Part shown: piece after piece, positions 52,444-64,000 of the stretch
Numbering within the stretch: position 1 is the stretch's first letter
How the letters are laid out: each line of letters starts with the position of its first letter
Assembly: GCA_008632985.1 (NCBI GenBank)
Contig: QPGO01000016.1
Coordinates: 716,840 to 780,839, forward strand
Length of the DNA stretch: 64,000 nucleotides
Origin: Psammoneis japonica
Lineage: Eukaryota
Direction: 5' to 3'
Program-made: the position numbers and the translations under genes
The notes under the pieces: generated by a model
Databases searched by the model: none
Seen by the model: the letters and a program-made list of their open reading frames with translations, nothing else
What the model was told of the DNA's origin: nothing

Positions 52444-53818
52444 ATGTCGGACGAAGAGGAAGAACGCGTTATTCATGACCTTACTAAAACAGCATCAGAC
52501 GATTCTAGTGATGACGATGATTCTTCTTCTGGAGAGGAAGAGAATCTGAAGAAGAACGAGAATAAAAAGGACGAGAAAAACAGTGACAGCGATGACGACG
52601 GCGCTGCCGCTCCATCAAACAAGAGCAAATCGTCTTCATCATCAAGCAACGACGACGATGACAGCAGCAGCAGTAGCAGCGACGAAGAGAACGAGGCGCC
52701 AGCAACTCATGTTGGTGGAAGTGAGAGAGACGAACCAGCTTTTGCTCTTTTATCTGGAGTACTAGAAACGGACCCGTCTCATACCGTCACTGTAGCCTTG
52801 ACGAGACTGCCTGCCACGCTGGGTAGATCTCACGGGACTAAAGATTCTCACTTTTTTGGAATTGGAGACTTGAAGGCTGTCAGTAGACAACAGGTACAGT
52901 TCAGTGTTCTCTAGAAATTTTAATGCATGATATTTATGCATTGATTTTGTCTGGAGACTTACATTTCCAATCCCCGTACACTCTCTCTTTTTTCGTTCTT
53001 ACGCCCTTACGCAGTGCGCTATTCACTATCAAAACCCATTTGGTGGTCGACTTGGGCAATTCAAGGATGATTCTGACGAGTTTTCTTACCAACCACCGCC
53101 AAAAAAATATTCAAAAGCATCTCTTCACGCAAACGGCGAGGATGAGCCGTCTAGCGGATATTATGTAGTAGAGTGCTTGGGAAAGAACCGCATCATTGTC
53201 AATGGCAAGAAAATAGAAAAGGGCGAATTTGCAGTGCTACGACATGGGACGCCCATTCGAATGAATGCGCTCTGTCTCTATTTCTTGCTACCAAACGATG
53301 CTCCAGAACGAACCATGGAGGTACCAAACCCGGAAGCGTCAAATAAACAAACTCGAAAGCGCAAGACTGACAATGACGACGGTCCGTCAAAGAAACCAGC
53401 CATAACAAAAAAGAAATCTGGAACCGGAGCCGTGGTGGCAGAACTGGAAACGCTGTCTCTGGCTACTCTCATGGAACGCATGGACGAAGCCATCCGTTCG
53501 GATGTGTGGGAACGAAAGCATCAAATGATTGGTAGCGCCATTGCGTTGCATGCCGTCAAGGCTGCGGCTCAAGCCAAACCCATTATAGACTTGGCCAAGG
53601 AGGATGAAAACCACGGAGTGGCGAGAGCTGAAATTATGGCATGGATCAAGGAGAACCCAACCTTTTCAGAGTGGGTGTCACAAATGAACAGCAGGATGGA
53701 ACCAAAGAGTTACCAGACAAACATCAACAAGGCTCTTCTGAAGGCTGGTTTTGTTCGCACCGGGACTGTTGGTCGACACGTCAAGTGGGTTCTTCCTCCT
53801 ACAACGTCGAGCGCCTGA
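52444..53818 (+). CDS. FHA-domain nuclear protein
   Basis: Acidic/Ser-rich N-terminus; FHA motifs LGRS, VSRQQ, LGKNRIIVNG; intron 52894-53014 keeps frame; NLS-like RKRK. Confidence 0.88.
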
Positions 53819-54199
53819 GTTGGATCGCCACAATTTTGTACCTCGGACTACTTTTCGGCATGAAGAGTGTATAACATGAAGAAGGACGCTCGTTGGCATC
53901 TATCCATATATGCATGATGTGTTATAATAGACCTTACGCCCAGATGGCGTGAAAAGAAAAGGACGATTTCGGTTCTTGGACTGCTTACCACCAGCTTGCA
54001 ACATTTCTTATTGTAGCTCATAGCTTTAGAAATACAAACATCTCTGTCTAGCTGGAGAGAGCCGTCATCGAATCACGGCTGCTCGGAATCAAACTGTTTT
54101 TTGGTTTCCTTGTTGGCTCTGCTTGTTGATTGCTTTCACTGATTCAAAACTCATTGTCGCCATGAACGACATTCCGAACGCCCACTCATTCGGAAATCG

Positions 54200-55330
54200 T
54201 CAAATCATGAGCCTGTTTTAAACCCCCAAGCACAAGGTGGGAAACCATTGTTGCACTGTCAAAGGCATTTGTTGATAGAGACTGGAGTGCATGAAACCAG
54301 CAGCAATGTTCAGTTGTGACGGATTGAAAAGTTCAATTTTTTAGCAGCACACACAGTGTTCCACAGTTTCATTTTCCAACAAGGCTCACTCCTCTTTCTT
54401 CTCTCATGAGTCAGATCAAGGCTGTGTGACCCATTCAATGCCAACAACACTCTGGTCCAAATCTCTGGCCATCTCTGCCAAAAGCTTGTCTTTGGTTGTG
54501 GCACTGCTTTGAGAGACCATCATCGTGAGTGTGGCTTTCATTGTTCATCATGCCACCCACTCAGTCTTGACTCACAAAAGTGACCCCCTTCCCATGGCAC
54601 CAGTTCCTCACACTTGAGCCAAGCTTTGCTGCTTTTTAACAAAACAGTGCTTGCCTGTCTTGAGTGCAGCCACTTCAAGTTGAAACTCAGAGAAGAAACT
54701 CTGTCTTCAACACCCCAATGTTGCTTTGTTGAATGTCCAGCCTGGATGATGCCTGTCATCGGAACAAGTGAACCCTGCTTTCTCAAAAAATCAAACACCT
54801 GCAAAGTGCTGCCATCTTTCTGTTTTCCCTAAGAGCAAGGAAAACAGTGCTGAGAGAAACAATGCACAGAGCAGCCGCAACTCTGTTTTCCACTCTTGAA
54901 GCATCCACCCAAATCTTGCGCACGGCGCTGGAACATTGTGATGTGAGGGGCTTGCTCTGACGCACTTTGACCACACAGCCAGCATGAGGCTGACTGGCAA
55001 CAATTTAACTTCCATTTCTTTTTGCAGCTTTTTGCCACAATTTCTTGCCTTGCACGTGCGATGTGACATTTCAACAAAGAAAAGAAGGCTGCTCAAGCCA
55101 CTTTTCTCTTCTGCCTCCTCTTGTTGTGTGCTCGCCATTTTGTTGCTTTTTGGCACAACAGCTGGACATTGGACAAAAAGTCAACTTTGAAACGGCTCTT
55201 TCCCTGGACAGAAGCAACACGGTAAGCCGTTGCGCCGATGAACCAGAAAAGCAATCGCAAAGCCGCAGTGGCTCCGACAGCGCACGCATGCATCATGGGC
55301 GTCCATCCATCAGTGCATGCACCGCAGTGC
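54200..55330. mobile_element. Degenerate TpA-depleted repeat relic, unassigned
   Basis: Composition only (TA nearly absent, TG/CA rich). Confidence 0.45.
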
Positions 55331-55837
55331 TGGCTGTAAGTCAGTTCCTCATTCGATCGTCAATCGTCCTCAACTTGAACCCGATGGAGGGCAGAGGCTT
55401 TTACCCTTAATTAAACACGACGTGTAACTTGCAGTTTACACCTAACGAAAAATTGATTACTTAAGGACCGCGTGTCAGAAAGGTGTCAAGACATCATGCC
55501 AGCGTCGTGTAGAAAGCTACAGTGTCCAAGATCGTAGTCCCGTTGCGCGATGAGTCATCATTGTGATTCAATCAGCGATGAATAAATGTGAATGATTCAT
55601 TCGCGCACTTATTCAGACCGACTTCAGAACCTTGGAGCGAACGAACGAAAAACAAACCAATCACATTGTTGCCTTTCATCCCAACAACAAACAGCGGCTG
55701 TGCCACCGCCAATCACTCTGAGAGTTCCTTGCAACGACGATACTGCTACTTTTGAACCAATCAGTATGCATACGGTAAGTGAAATCGCTGCAACACTGTG
55801 ACTGATTCGCCAGCGAAACCAGTGTCAATCGGTATTT

Positions 55838-56152
55838 TTGCATGCACGTGTCAACTCGCCTTTTTGCTACTTCACGTCTCACGATGTTCTCATGCACGTT
55901 TCATCTCGTTTAGCACAAACATCACCCACAATCAAGCGAAAACATGGTCTTTCTACCCAAGAAGCAATTCAATTGAGCCTGCAACGACAAAACAGCAAAT
56001 CGAGTGGATGGCTGAACCGAATAAGCAAGAGCAACAGGAGATTGACACGTTGCGATTCTCTTGAAATGCTGCATCAGCGAGCCAAGGAGAAGAGCGCGTT
56101 TATTCCACGAGAGCAGCACCCAGTCATTGAACGGATGCAATCTGAACAATGA
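55838..56152 (+). CDS. Small protein, DSLE..PR..HP family member 1 (5' end probably spliced)
   Basis: DSLEMLHQRAKEKSAFIPREQHPVI; GTAAGT donor-like site at 55776. Confidence 0.55.
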   Translation: MHARVNSPFCYFTSHDVLMHVSSRLAQTSPTIKRKHGLSTQEAIQLSLQRQNSKSSGWLNRISKSNRRLTRCDSLEMLHQRAKEKSAFIPREQHPVIERMQSEQ

Positions 56153-56933
56153 CTGAAGAATACGCTGCTTTGGATGATGTAAGAATGCGCGCGAGTTGAG
56201 CTGCAATGCCTGAAGCGCTCCGCGCCGCATTGCGCAGCTTGCAGATGATCGCCTACCGACAAGCTACATAATAATAGAGATTTGGTGAAATCACTTGTTT
56301 CGTGCTATTGTAGATTACCTTGTGTTTGCAGTCTCTGAAAAGTGTTCACACCATACCCTACTTTTGGCCTGTTGTTTCGTAGAGTGGATGGATCGAATCT
56401 AATGGAATCTTCTCATCTTTTGAAGGTACTAAGTATCGAGAGTAAGAAAACACTGAAACAGAGCATTGGCAATTGGCTGATGAACATGAGATGCTTCAAT
56501 CCATAGAGCCTTTACGATTCATAAGCGTTAAGTTCGAACTAGTGATGGGTGCGAGGAGTCGTAACTGTAGTGATTCCATTGGGTTGGATTGTCGGTGTCT
56601 TGTTGCTAGCTTTTTCTTCCTTCGAAGTCATCTATAGGATATTGTTATTTCGGTTGTTTTTTAGAGTATGCGTGAAACGGATGAGTCTGTCTGCCTTGGG
56701 AGTTAAAACAAAGTTGGCTCAATAAAAGCGAGAGGCTCTACTAGTGGGAGGGATTGATGAGCTTTCCGATTGTGCCATTATTCCAAACGGCCCTAGTTCT
56801 AGTAAGCCGGAGTCCCATGGCAATGCCTAGTACTTTCATTGCTGGAGCAGCCTTCTTGGCTAGAAACGCTCCATATCTCCGCCTCGCACGGAAACTCGGT
56901 CATGGTCTCCTCCTTCAGCCTCCGCTATCACAA

Positions 56934-58013
56934 CTACTCCTGTGCCCTGTTATTGACGTGTGATGCTTCCCACAACCACGGCATGGTTGATTCCAGTTCT
57001 TGTCCAACATTGGCAATCACGGCATCAAACAACTCGTGTGCTTCCTTTTGGTTCTTTCCCTCTTCCTCCGCGGTGGAACAATACAAGAACACTGTTTGCA
57101 TTCCCATTTCTTTGCCCTGCACCAGATTCATAAAGGAATCTTCAAAAAAGCATACCTCAGAACACGCAGTCTTGTCGTACGCATCAATGCCAATCTTTCC
57201 GAGTACCTTTTCAAAAGCCTATACATTGCAGATTACGAGTCGGTGAGACATATAAACAACGAGGAAGACATCACAAGAATTGAAATTGTCGCATCCCCGC
57301 TTTCAATTTTGTACACCACGACGAAACCAAGCCACTCACCTCCATTTCAGGCTTACAGCACCCCGTTCCCATGGTTTCTGCTCCATACACCCCATCAAAA
57401 CAATCAAGAATCCCCATTCGATCTAAATTCTTGTTGGCCGACGCTTCTGGTGCATTGGTAAATATGATTTTTTGCTGTGGCAGCGACAAGAGCACCTCTC
57501 GCAATTTTTCGTCTCGATTCATAAAGTTCTCCGTCCATCACGAAAGTACGCGTTAAACTCGGCCGCATCAATTTTGTATCCCGCACTGTGCAAGCCACGA
57601 AGGGATTGGTTGTACTTGGCAAAAAGCGGAGCCCAAATGGCTCGAGCTTGTTCTCGCGTTGAAATGGCGTCGAATTTTGGGTCACCCGTTTCTTCGCCCG
57701 TCTTGTCCACCATGAATTGGTGTATACGGCCCTGCATGAATTCCTTCATTCCATTATCACCGTCGTACAGAGTTCCGTCTAAATCAAACAAGAGGACTTT
57801 GCAGTTTGACAAGGATGATGTAGTGGTAGTGCTTTGTCTTGAATTTGTTTGTTCGGTGCACGACGAGGATGCCAACGACGACGTTACACCAAACCGTGTT
57901 CTTTTGTATGATGACGTAAATGATCGTGCTACAGCAAGTCGTGGTGACCACGCCACAATTTGCTTCATAGTCAAAAGCATAACAAGAAGTAATGATAGGT
58001 TCTTCTTCAGCAT
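56934..58013 (-). CDS. HAD-family pyrimidine 5'-nucleotidase (SDT1-like) with N-terminal targeting peptide
   Basis: LFDLDGTLY, IFTNA, CKPE, FFEDSFMNL..GMQTV; intron 57219-57339; frameshift ~57525. Confidence 0.88.
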
Positions 58014-58788
58014 TTTCCAGAGCGGCACTTGCAACTGGCAAAGCTACGATTCAGAGTACGATTCGATTTTTTTAAATAACCGCAGCTTCTATTCTTTTGG
58101 AGAGATAACTACTCGATACCGGTATTGTAGGTGGCGGAACTGACGATTGGCCTCCATCATCGTCAACAACTTCTCTCGCTGCCAGCTCAGTTTTGAGTTT
58201 TGATTGGAGTGCGTGGTCCTTCATGATGACGCGACGAAACACGAACAAAAACTGCGGGCAGTACAAGGGCAGTGTATCAAGAACATATTACCGTACATAT
58301 AACAATTATAGTTACTCCTTCAAGATATTGAATATTTAAATCCTTGCTCTGACAAAAGCGAGACATAGAGGCATCAAACATTGTTAAGTAAAATCTTCCT
58401 GAGATTCAACTACATATTGCCTTGGTCGCGCGGCGCTCACAAAGTTCGCGAGTTTTCGTCAACGGCGCACTTTCGTTCCGATTCGCATCATGTCAAAACG
58501 AGACCAAAGGCTCGTACGGTAGAAACTCCGCGACCGATCAAAATCATACCCGGACTACAAAACGTTCAGCACAATCGTAAATTCATTTCAGTAGCCATAA
58601 TCATTTTGAAGTCGAGCGGAAGCAGTCAGGTAAGGAAAAGTGTCGAATGCAAAGTGCCGAGTTGTTTGCCAACATGTGCGCTTCTGCTGCCGGAAGATTG
58701 CGACGCCGAGACCTGGAACGTATTCCATTGGACGTTGATAACTGATGTTTTTGCGTTTTGCTAGTGACACACAGATAGAAATTTGAGA

Positions 58789-59076
58789 ATGACCATTACA
58801 ATGACAGTCTTCACCATGGACAATGTACGACAAGAACAAAGCAGGAGCAGTCGCAGAATTGGATGGAGCACCAGCCAAGCCATCGAAATTACCAAGAGCA
58901 AAGAACTTGGAAAGAAAACGAGTTGCAAGGCGAGGCGTTTTCGATCCGATAGTCTTGAGTTGTATCGTGGAACCGACGAAGAATCGCAGTGGGTTCCGCG
59001 AAAGAAGCATCCCATTATTGAAATGAAGAAGGCTCAGCAATGGATGAAAATGCAAGGACACGATAGCAGAATATGA
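58789..59076 (+). CDS. Small protein, DSLE..PR..HP family member 2
   Basis: DSLELYRGTDEESQWVPRKKHPII. Confidence 0.6.
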   Translation: MTITMTVFTMDNVRQEQSRSSRRIGWSTSQAIEITKSKELGKKTSCKARRFRSDSLELYRGTDEESQWVPRKKHPIIEMKKAQQWMKMQGHDSRI

Positions 59077-59890
59077 CCATGCGGGCGTGTAAAAGTGGGG
59101 AATCGGATCGATCAATAACTACAAAAGCAGTGTAGCAGCGCAAAGCACATCAATAATAGAGGCATAAACTTCACATTTTACTAGAGCGCGCGTTTCTTCT
59201 TCGTTTTTCCCGCTTAAACAGCGATCTTACTCCCATTCTATTTTGCAGAGAGAGGCGTCTGCTTTCAAGAAGGCACCTTCTAAAGACGCTTTAATTAGAA
59301 CAGAAATTCCAAAGAAAATTGTAAGAGGAAACGGATCCAGAAAGAGCTCTCCCCATGCTCTTCATTCAGAGCTTTCGGACCAGATTGCGGTGATGACAGA
59401 TTTGGAAAAAAGATAGCGCATTTTAGTCTACTGTTGCAACCTTTTTGTCTTAAAAAAGACATTCTGGTCTTTTCAGAGCTTGAACTACCCTTGGTTACAC
59501 GGCAGTCGGCAGCACTACTTTCCTCTACTAAGAGATGATGATTCAGAAGATAAAGTCGTTCGAAAACTCCGTCGCTACTTCTACGAGTTCCAGTCGAGGG
59601 AGTCATTCTGTGTGTGCCGGTGGCTGTGAAACAAAAAACGAAAGGTTTCCGCGCGCTTATGTACATTATTAACACAATCGCGCTGACGTCTCAAGTTGAA
59701 CTTCAAAAAATGTCGAAAAGTGCTCAGGCAGGATTGCGCCATCACCCGCCATCGCGGCCATCACTCTCACTCATCACTCCACGAGATGTACCATACAACG
59801 TACAACGCAGATGTTGTTCTGTTAGTTGCCCACAATTTGAAATTCTGATCCGATAGCATCACTCGTAATCCGGGATTGGTACGTGATCCG

Positions 59891-60322
59891 ATGCTGATGA
59901 GGCCAAAAGCAGACGCACACAGTGACTGTTCGAGTGACAATTCAATCACCATGTGTTCCGAAAATAGTTACGCGCATTCATCTTCTGAGTCTGTCGCAAG
60001 GGACACCGGCAAATGCAATGTTATCGGCAAGCTTGCAAAGTCTCTGCAACGTTTGCGTGGTAGCGTTGGGAACGAGGATGACAAGTTCGTGACCATCAAG
60101 AAGTCGAAGGAGCAAAAAAAGGGGAAAGGTGGTCTCTCGACACTCGAAGCTAAGGAGCTTGCAAGGCAACGACGCAGAAAGCGAGTTCTAGTAGATCCCC
60201 CCGACAGTCTCGAGCTGTATCGCGCTCCAGATGGCGGAGAGTACTACACTCCTAGAGAGGAACATCCCCTGATGAGCAAGCTTCGACACCAAGGGATGAC
60301 AGAGGTATCTGTCACATCTTGA
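59891..60322 (+). CDS. Small protein, DSLE..PR..HP family member 3
   Basis: DSLELYRAPDGGEYYTPREEHPLM. Confidence 0.65.
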   Translation: MLMRPKADAHSDCSSDNSITMCSENSYAHSSSESVARDTGKCNVIGKLAKSLQRLRGSVGNEDDKFVTIKKSKEQKKGKGGLSTLEAKELARQRRRKRVLVDPPDSLELYRAPDGGEYYTPREEHPLMSKLRHQGMTEVSVTS

Positions 60323-60719
60323 TCTGATGAAGTCGGGACCGTATGTATCAAGGTCGTCACACCGTGTGCTGCATGTTGCATATTTCAGACAACTGGAAAC
60401 GCAGACGTACCCACCAGCGAATATCGATGAATTTTCGCCAAGTGGTAATTCCTTCACAGGCGATGTTGGGTTGGAAGCAAAGATGTATAAGGACATGTTC
60501 ATACATCATGTTTCTCCTCTGAACAACACAGACATCACGCGCTGCGCTCCAGTTCCTTAATGTGGTCGTTGGTATTCTAAGAAACGCAAAACCTTTAAAA
60601 TAAATGTCATTAGAAGTCGATGTATGAACCAAATCGAATATAACCTCGTTAACGTGTGACCGTAATACCTTCTACACAGCAAGATCTCAGACGATCACAT
60701 TATCACAGCACATGGAGCT

Positions 60720-62350
60720 GAGTGCAACAAACTCAAGAGCAACAGGGACCTGAGGCAATTATAGTTCGCAATCCTCTTCAACAAGGAAGGTGTCACGCAG
60801 GGCGATCCATTGCGCATGCGTGCGGGCCAGGCCTTCTCCCACCAGTCCGCGAGATGAACAAGCATTTCCAGCAGCATTCACTCCTTGGCATGCGCCGACG
60901 ACTCTGCCACAGCGAGGAAATTTCATGTCTTACGAAACTTTTTACTGACTCTACGAGCCGAAGGACCCAAGCATGGTTGCCATCCCACTGGCAACTCCAA
61001 GAACATTCTAGCAGCCTCAGAGCACAATCTGGAGAATGCTGAGAAATGCTTTTTGAAGACCTCGGCTTCACCATCAAGACTGGCAGCCACCACCTTGTGG
61101 GTTTCACAGGAGAGCGGGAAGCCTTCGACCAATGGGCAGCAGAGAATGCCTCACTAAGACAGTGATTCAACACCAACAGGCAGCTAAAGCACAAGTGGCA
61201 GCATGTCCAATGAGTGGCAAAGGATTGAGGCAATTTGTTTGCCAGCATGGAACATGCGATCAAGCACCAATTCTTGCAGGCACTGTCAGGAGAGACTTTG
61301 GCAGATGACAACCTGAGATTGGCCCTGCCCACCCTCCTGCACAAATTTGCAGGACTTTCCACACAATGTTCAACTGAGTCTGCAAAATGCAAAACTTTGA
61401 AGTGAGTGCTCTCGCATGCTCACACTTGATTGTTGACTCACTTCGTGCCCCCCTTCCCCCTTGCAATTCACCACAGCTGTCCACAAGGACACAGCATGCA
61501 AGGTGAAGCCAGCAGCAGCTGAAAAGAAAGTCAAAAAGCATGGCAATGCACTCAAAACTGTTCCCCCCTGCACTCTGTTCAACATTTGAGCCTGCATGGC
61601 AAGGTGCAGCACCAGAGCTGGTGCTTGGCGCAATCAGCACAAAACTTTTGCATCACAAATTTTGGGACACCTGTTTCCCATGCTGTGGCAAAGATCCTCC
61701 TGGCCTGCCCAATGCTTGCAGTGGATGCAGCTGGAACTTTTTCATTCAATGTGCCCTTCAGTGCAAGACAGAGGAAAGATCAGCGAGTCGCATCTTGACA
61801 TGATGAGATCTGTGATGATCTCAGCTCCTGCATGTGCACACATTGTCACCAAGCCATCCACAGTGCACAACAAACCTCTTGTCAATCCTGCTGGTCACTT
61901 TTCCAGAAGCCCTCAACTGCCAATGATCAGCCCAAGCAGCTTGCCAAGCCCAGCCACCAATTTCAACAAGTCAGGAGATGGTGGTCATGGGGAGATCTTT
62001 CAGCCAAAAGCTTGTGGGGATGGAGATGACAGATGTGATCATGGGTGCAGAAGTGGCTGACATGCTGGCATCCAAAACCCCCAAAACAAGTCTTGCTGGA
62101 CCATGAAATGGAGAAGAAGTGCAAGTGTCTCAAGCCAGCATGTCTTGGGCAATGCCGTCATTTGTTGCCTGTTGTTGTGTGCCACACAATGGTCTGGTGA
62201 TTGGCAAGGAGGCTCAAGAAGCCATCTCACTTCAGATGGCTGGGGAAAGATTTTTGAGTGAGTGGAAGAAGCTCCGCTTGGAAGCATGAGGCTTTGTCAA
62301 CATGCAACAAGATTCAGCATTGCAATGGCGAGGGCAAATGACCCATGACT
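60720..62350 (+). mobile_element. 5'-truncated non-LTR retrotransposon relic (CRE-like RT, Zn motif, restriction-like endonuclease)
   Basis: KEGVTQGDPL (~60783), CADD (60891), GPKHGCHP, CSGC...ALQCKT, HDEI, GDLSAKSLW. Confidence 0.8.
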
Positions 62351-63630
62351 CTGCTTGGAGGGTGGTGCTGGTCCATCCCTGTGCCAATGCTGCTGGACCA
62401 AGACAGCACATCATCCAAGGGCACACACTGAGGCTCAATGCTGTTGAGTGGGCTCAAGACACTGCCCCTTGACCAGAAGATTAACTTGGTGCCAGCTGCA
62501 ACTCCAAAATTCCATGCACAAATTTTGCTCAAATGTGCATGCAAAAAACTCAGCTCTGCATTCCTGCGAATCCCCAGCCACACAAAAACCCCTTTTGCCA
62601 GTTGTTTTTGCCACAGTGTGTGCTTGTCACTTTGTCATGATGATGACTGCAGCAACAGTGGTGACAAAGGTTCAGGGCACCGCCACTTTTTTGTTGTCAT
62701 TGGTTTGCCACATCTGGCCTGTTCCAGCCCCAGGTGATGAGCAGTCCATCGCGCGAGAGGCCAATTTTCTGTGCAGTTTGGCACATTGAACTCCTTCAAA
62801 TTTGATCGTTTTGAAAATCAAAAGATGAACGCACACAAAAAAACACAAGTTTTGTGTGCACTCACCCTTCCATTTGGGAAAAAACCGATTTTGAAGGAGT
62901 TTGTTTGTTGCACTGAATGCAAAAATGATGGGAATCGAACCTGTGCGCATCACCTGGTGAGCTGGAACAGGCCATCTGACAGAAAATTGTTCAAGAGAGA
63001 GTGAAATGACAACAATGGATGCTGCGACCAAGACCACCAACCCAAAATGCACATGTTTTGATTCAACTGCAGAGTGAACCCATCCAACCAGCAGCCAAGG
63101 ACACCTGCAGCATGCCTCGCTGCTGGACAACACGGCGAGACCGTGCACAAGCCTCTTGCACGTGGCAACGTGGCATTGTCAACACGCACCTGGGAAGCAC
63201 GACCACAGGAGGGCGTGGCTCTGGGTCTCAGGCAATTCCAGAAGGATGCCAAGAGAGCATCCGTGTGAAGCACACTGGCCCGTCGTCTGGCCCACGATGG
63301 CAGCGTGATTCCACACGATGACATCACTCGTGCACAGCGCATGATGGCTTGATTCGCACGATCCACAATGCGAATGCACGATCGATTTGATGCGATCCAA
63401 ATGCAAACGAATGGGGATTTGGCAAGATTCCCCATTCGCACGATCCCATTTTCTCTGCTCTAAACCAGCTCACAATTTCCACAACGACAAAGTCGCAACA
63501 CATCTTCTTTTCAGCGCCTGGCACATGCACAGGGCACAGCAATGTCACTCCCGCATGTTGTGCGAGGTGACGAAATCTGCAGAAACGAAACTGTGAAATG
63601 TTGGCAGGACCGACAAATCTTAAAACGACC

Positions 63631-64000
63631 ATGAAGAAGTGGATTGAGCCGCCGACTCCGTTCGCACGGCGGGAGAAGAAAGAGCTGCAGCAAGGCGAGT
63701 GCCAGACGTTCAAGCTGCGCAACAACCCCACTGATCCGGATGGTCCAATGCATGAGATGGGCATTCTGCACCTTTCCACAGCTACATGCGAGACACTCCC
63801 AATCTTTCTGCGCAACGTGGATCGCGTGCACGAAGGACAAAACATCACACTGGGCCAGCGAAATTTGCCCTCATGCGTGACCTGCTGCAGGGTGATGCTC
63901 TGACATCATTTGACAATGCCACTGACAAGCAGGCATCTCAAACCAATGCCACGCACGCAGCATGCATCGCGAAGCTAAAGGAAAGCATCTTCCCACATGG
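63631..64000 (+). mobile_element. Start of a Ty3/Gypsy-like gag ORF relic (runs off window)
   Basis: PPTPFAR.EKKEL...TFKLRNNPTDPD, GQNIT, LLQGDAL..F, IFP, recognised from diatom LTR-element gag sequences. Confidence 0.65.

Overview
Eukaryotic, gene-dense DNA with short GT-AG introns, most consistent with a diatom (inferred from the transposon families and the plastid/Tat targeting peptides). About 20 host genes are supported: a VHL-PUB protein, AIG2/GGCT, a Pta-like DRTGG protein, an ankyrin-HDAC, a full-size ABCG, a lipocalin, a PEMT-GNAT fusion, a SERCA-type ATPase, a P450, a sulfotransferase-like protein, an FHA protein, a HAD nucleotidase and several small unknown families. They are interleaved with transposons. 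Strongest signal: five repeat-like blocks (~17.3-18.9, 28.2-35.4, 46.6-51.5, 54.2-55.3, 60.8-64.0 kb) have lost almost every TpA, apparently by conversion to TpG/CpA. Conserved Tyr codons of Copia, Gypsy-like, CRE-like LINE and Harbinger proteins now read Cys/His, and in some blocks CpG is still abundant. This resembles a repeat-directed A:T>G:C hypermutation process, the mirror image of fungal RIP. A basecalling artefact has to be excluded, because the assembly carries scattered 1-bp indels. Second highlight: a largely unmutated 3.9-kb piggyBac-like transposon (6479-10342) with a non-canonical CTAT target-site duplication and a YqaJ/lambda-exonuclease-like domain embedded in its transposase. 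All counts and alignments were done by eye and no database searches were run.
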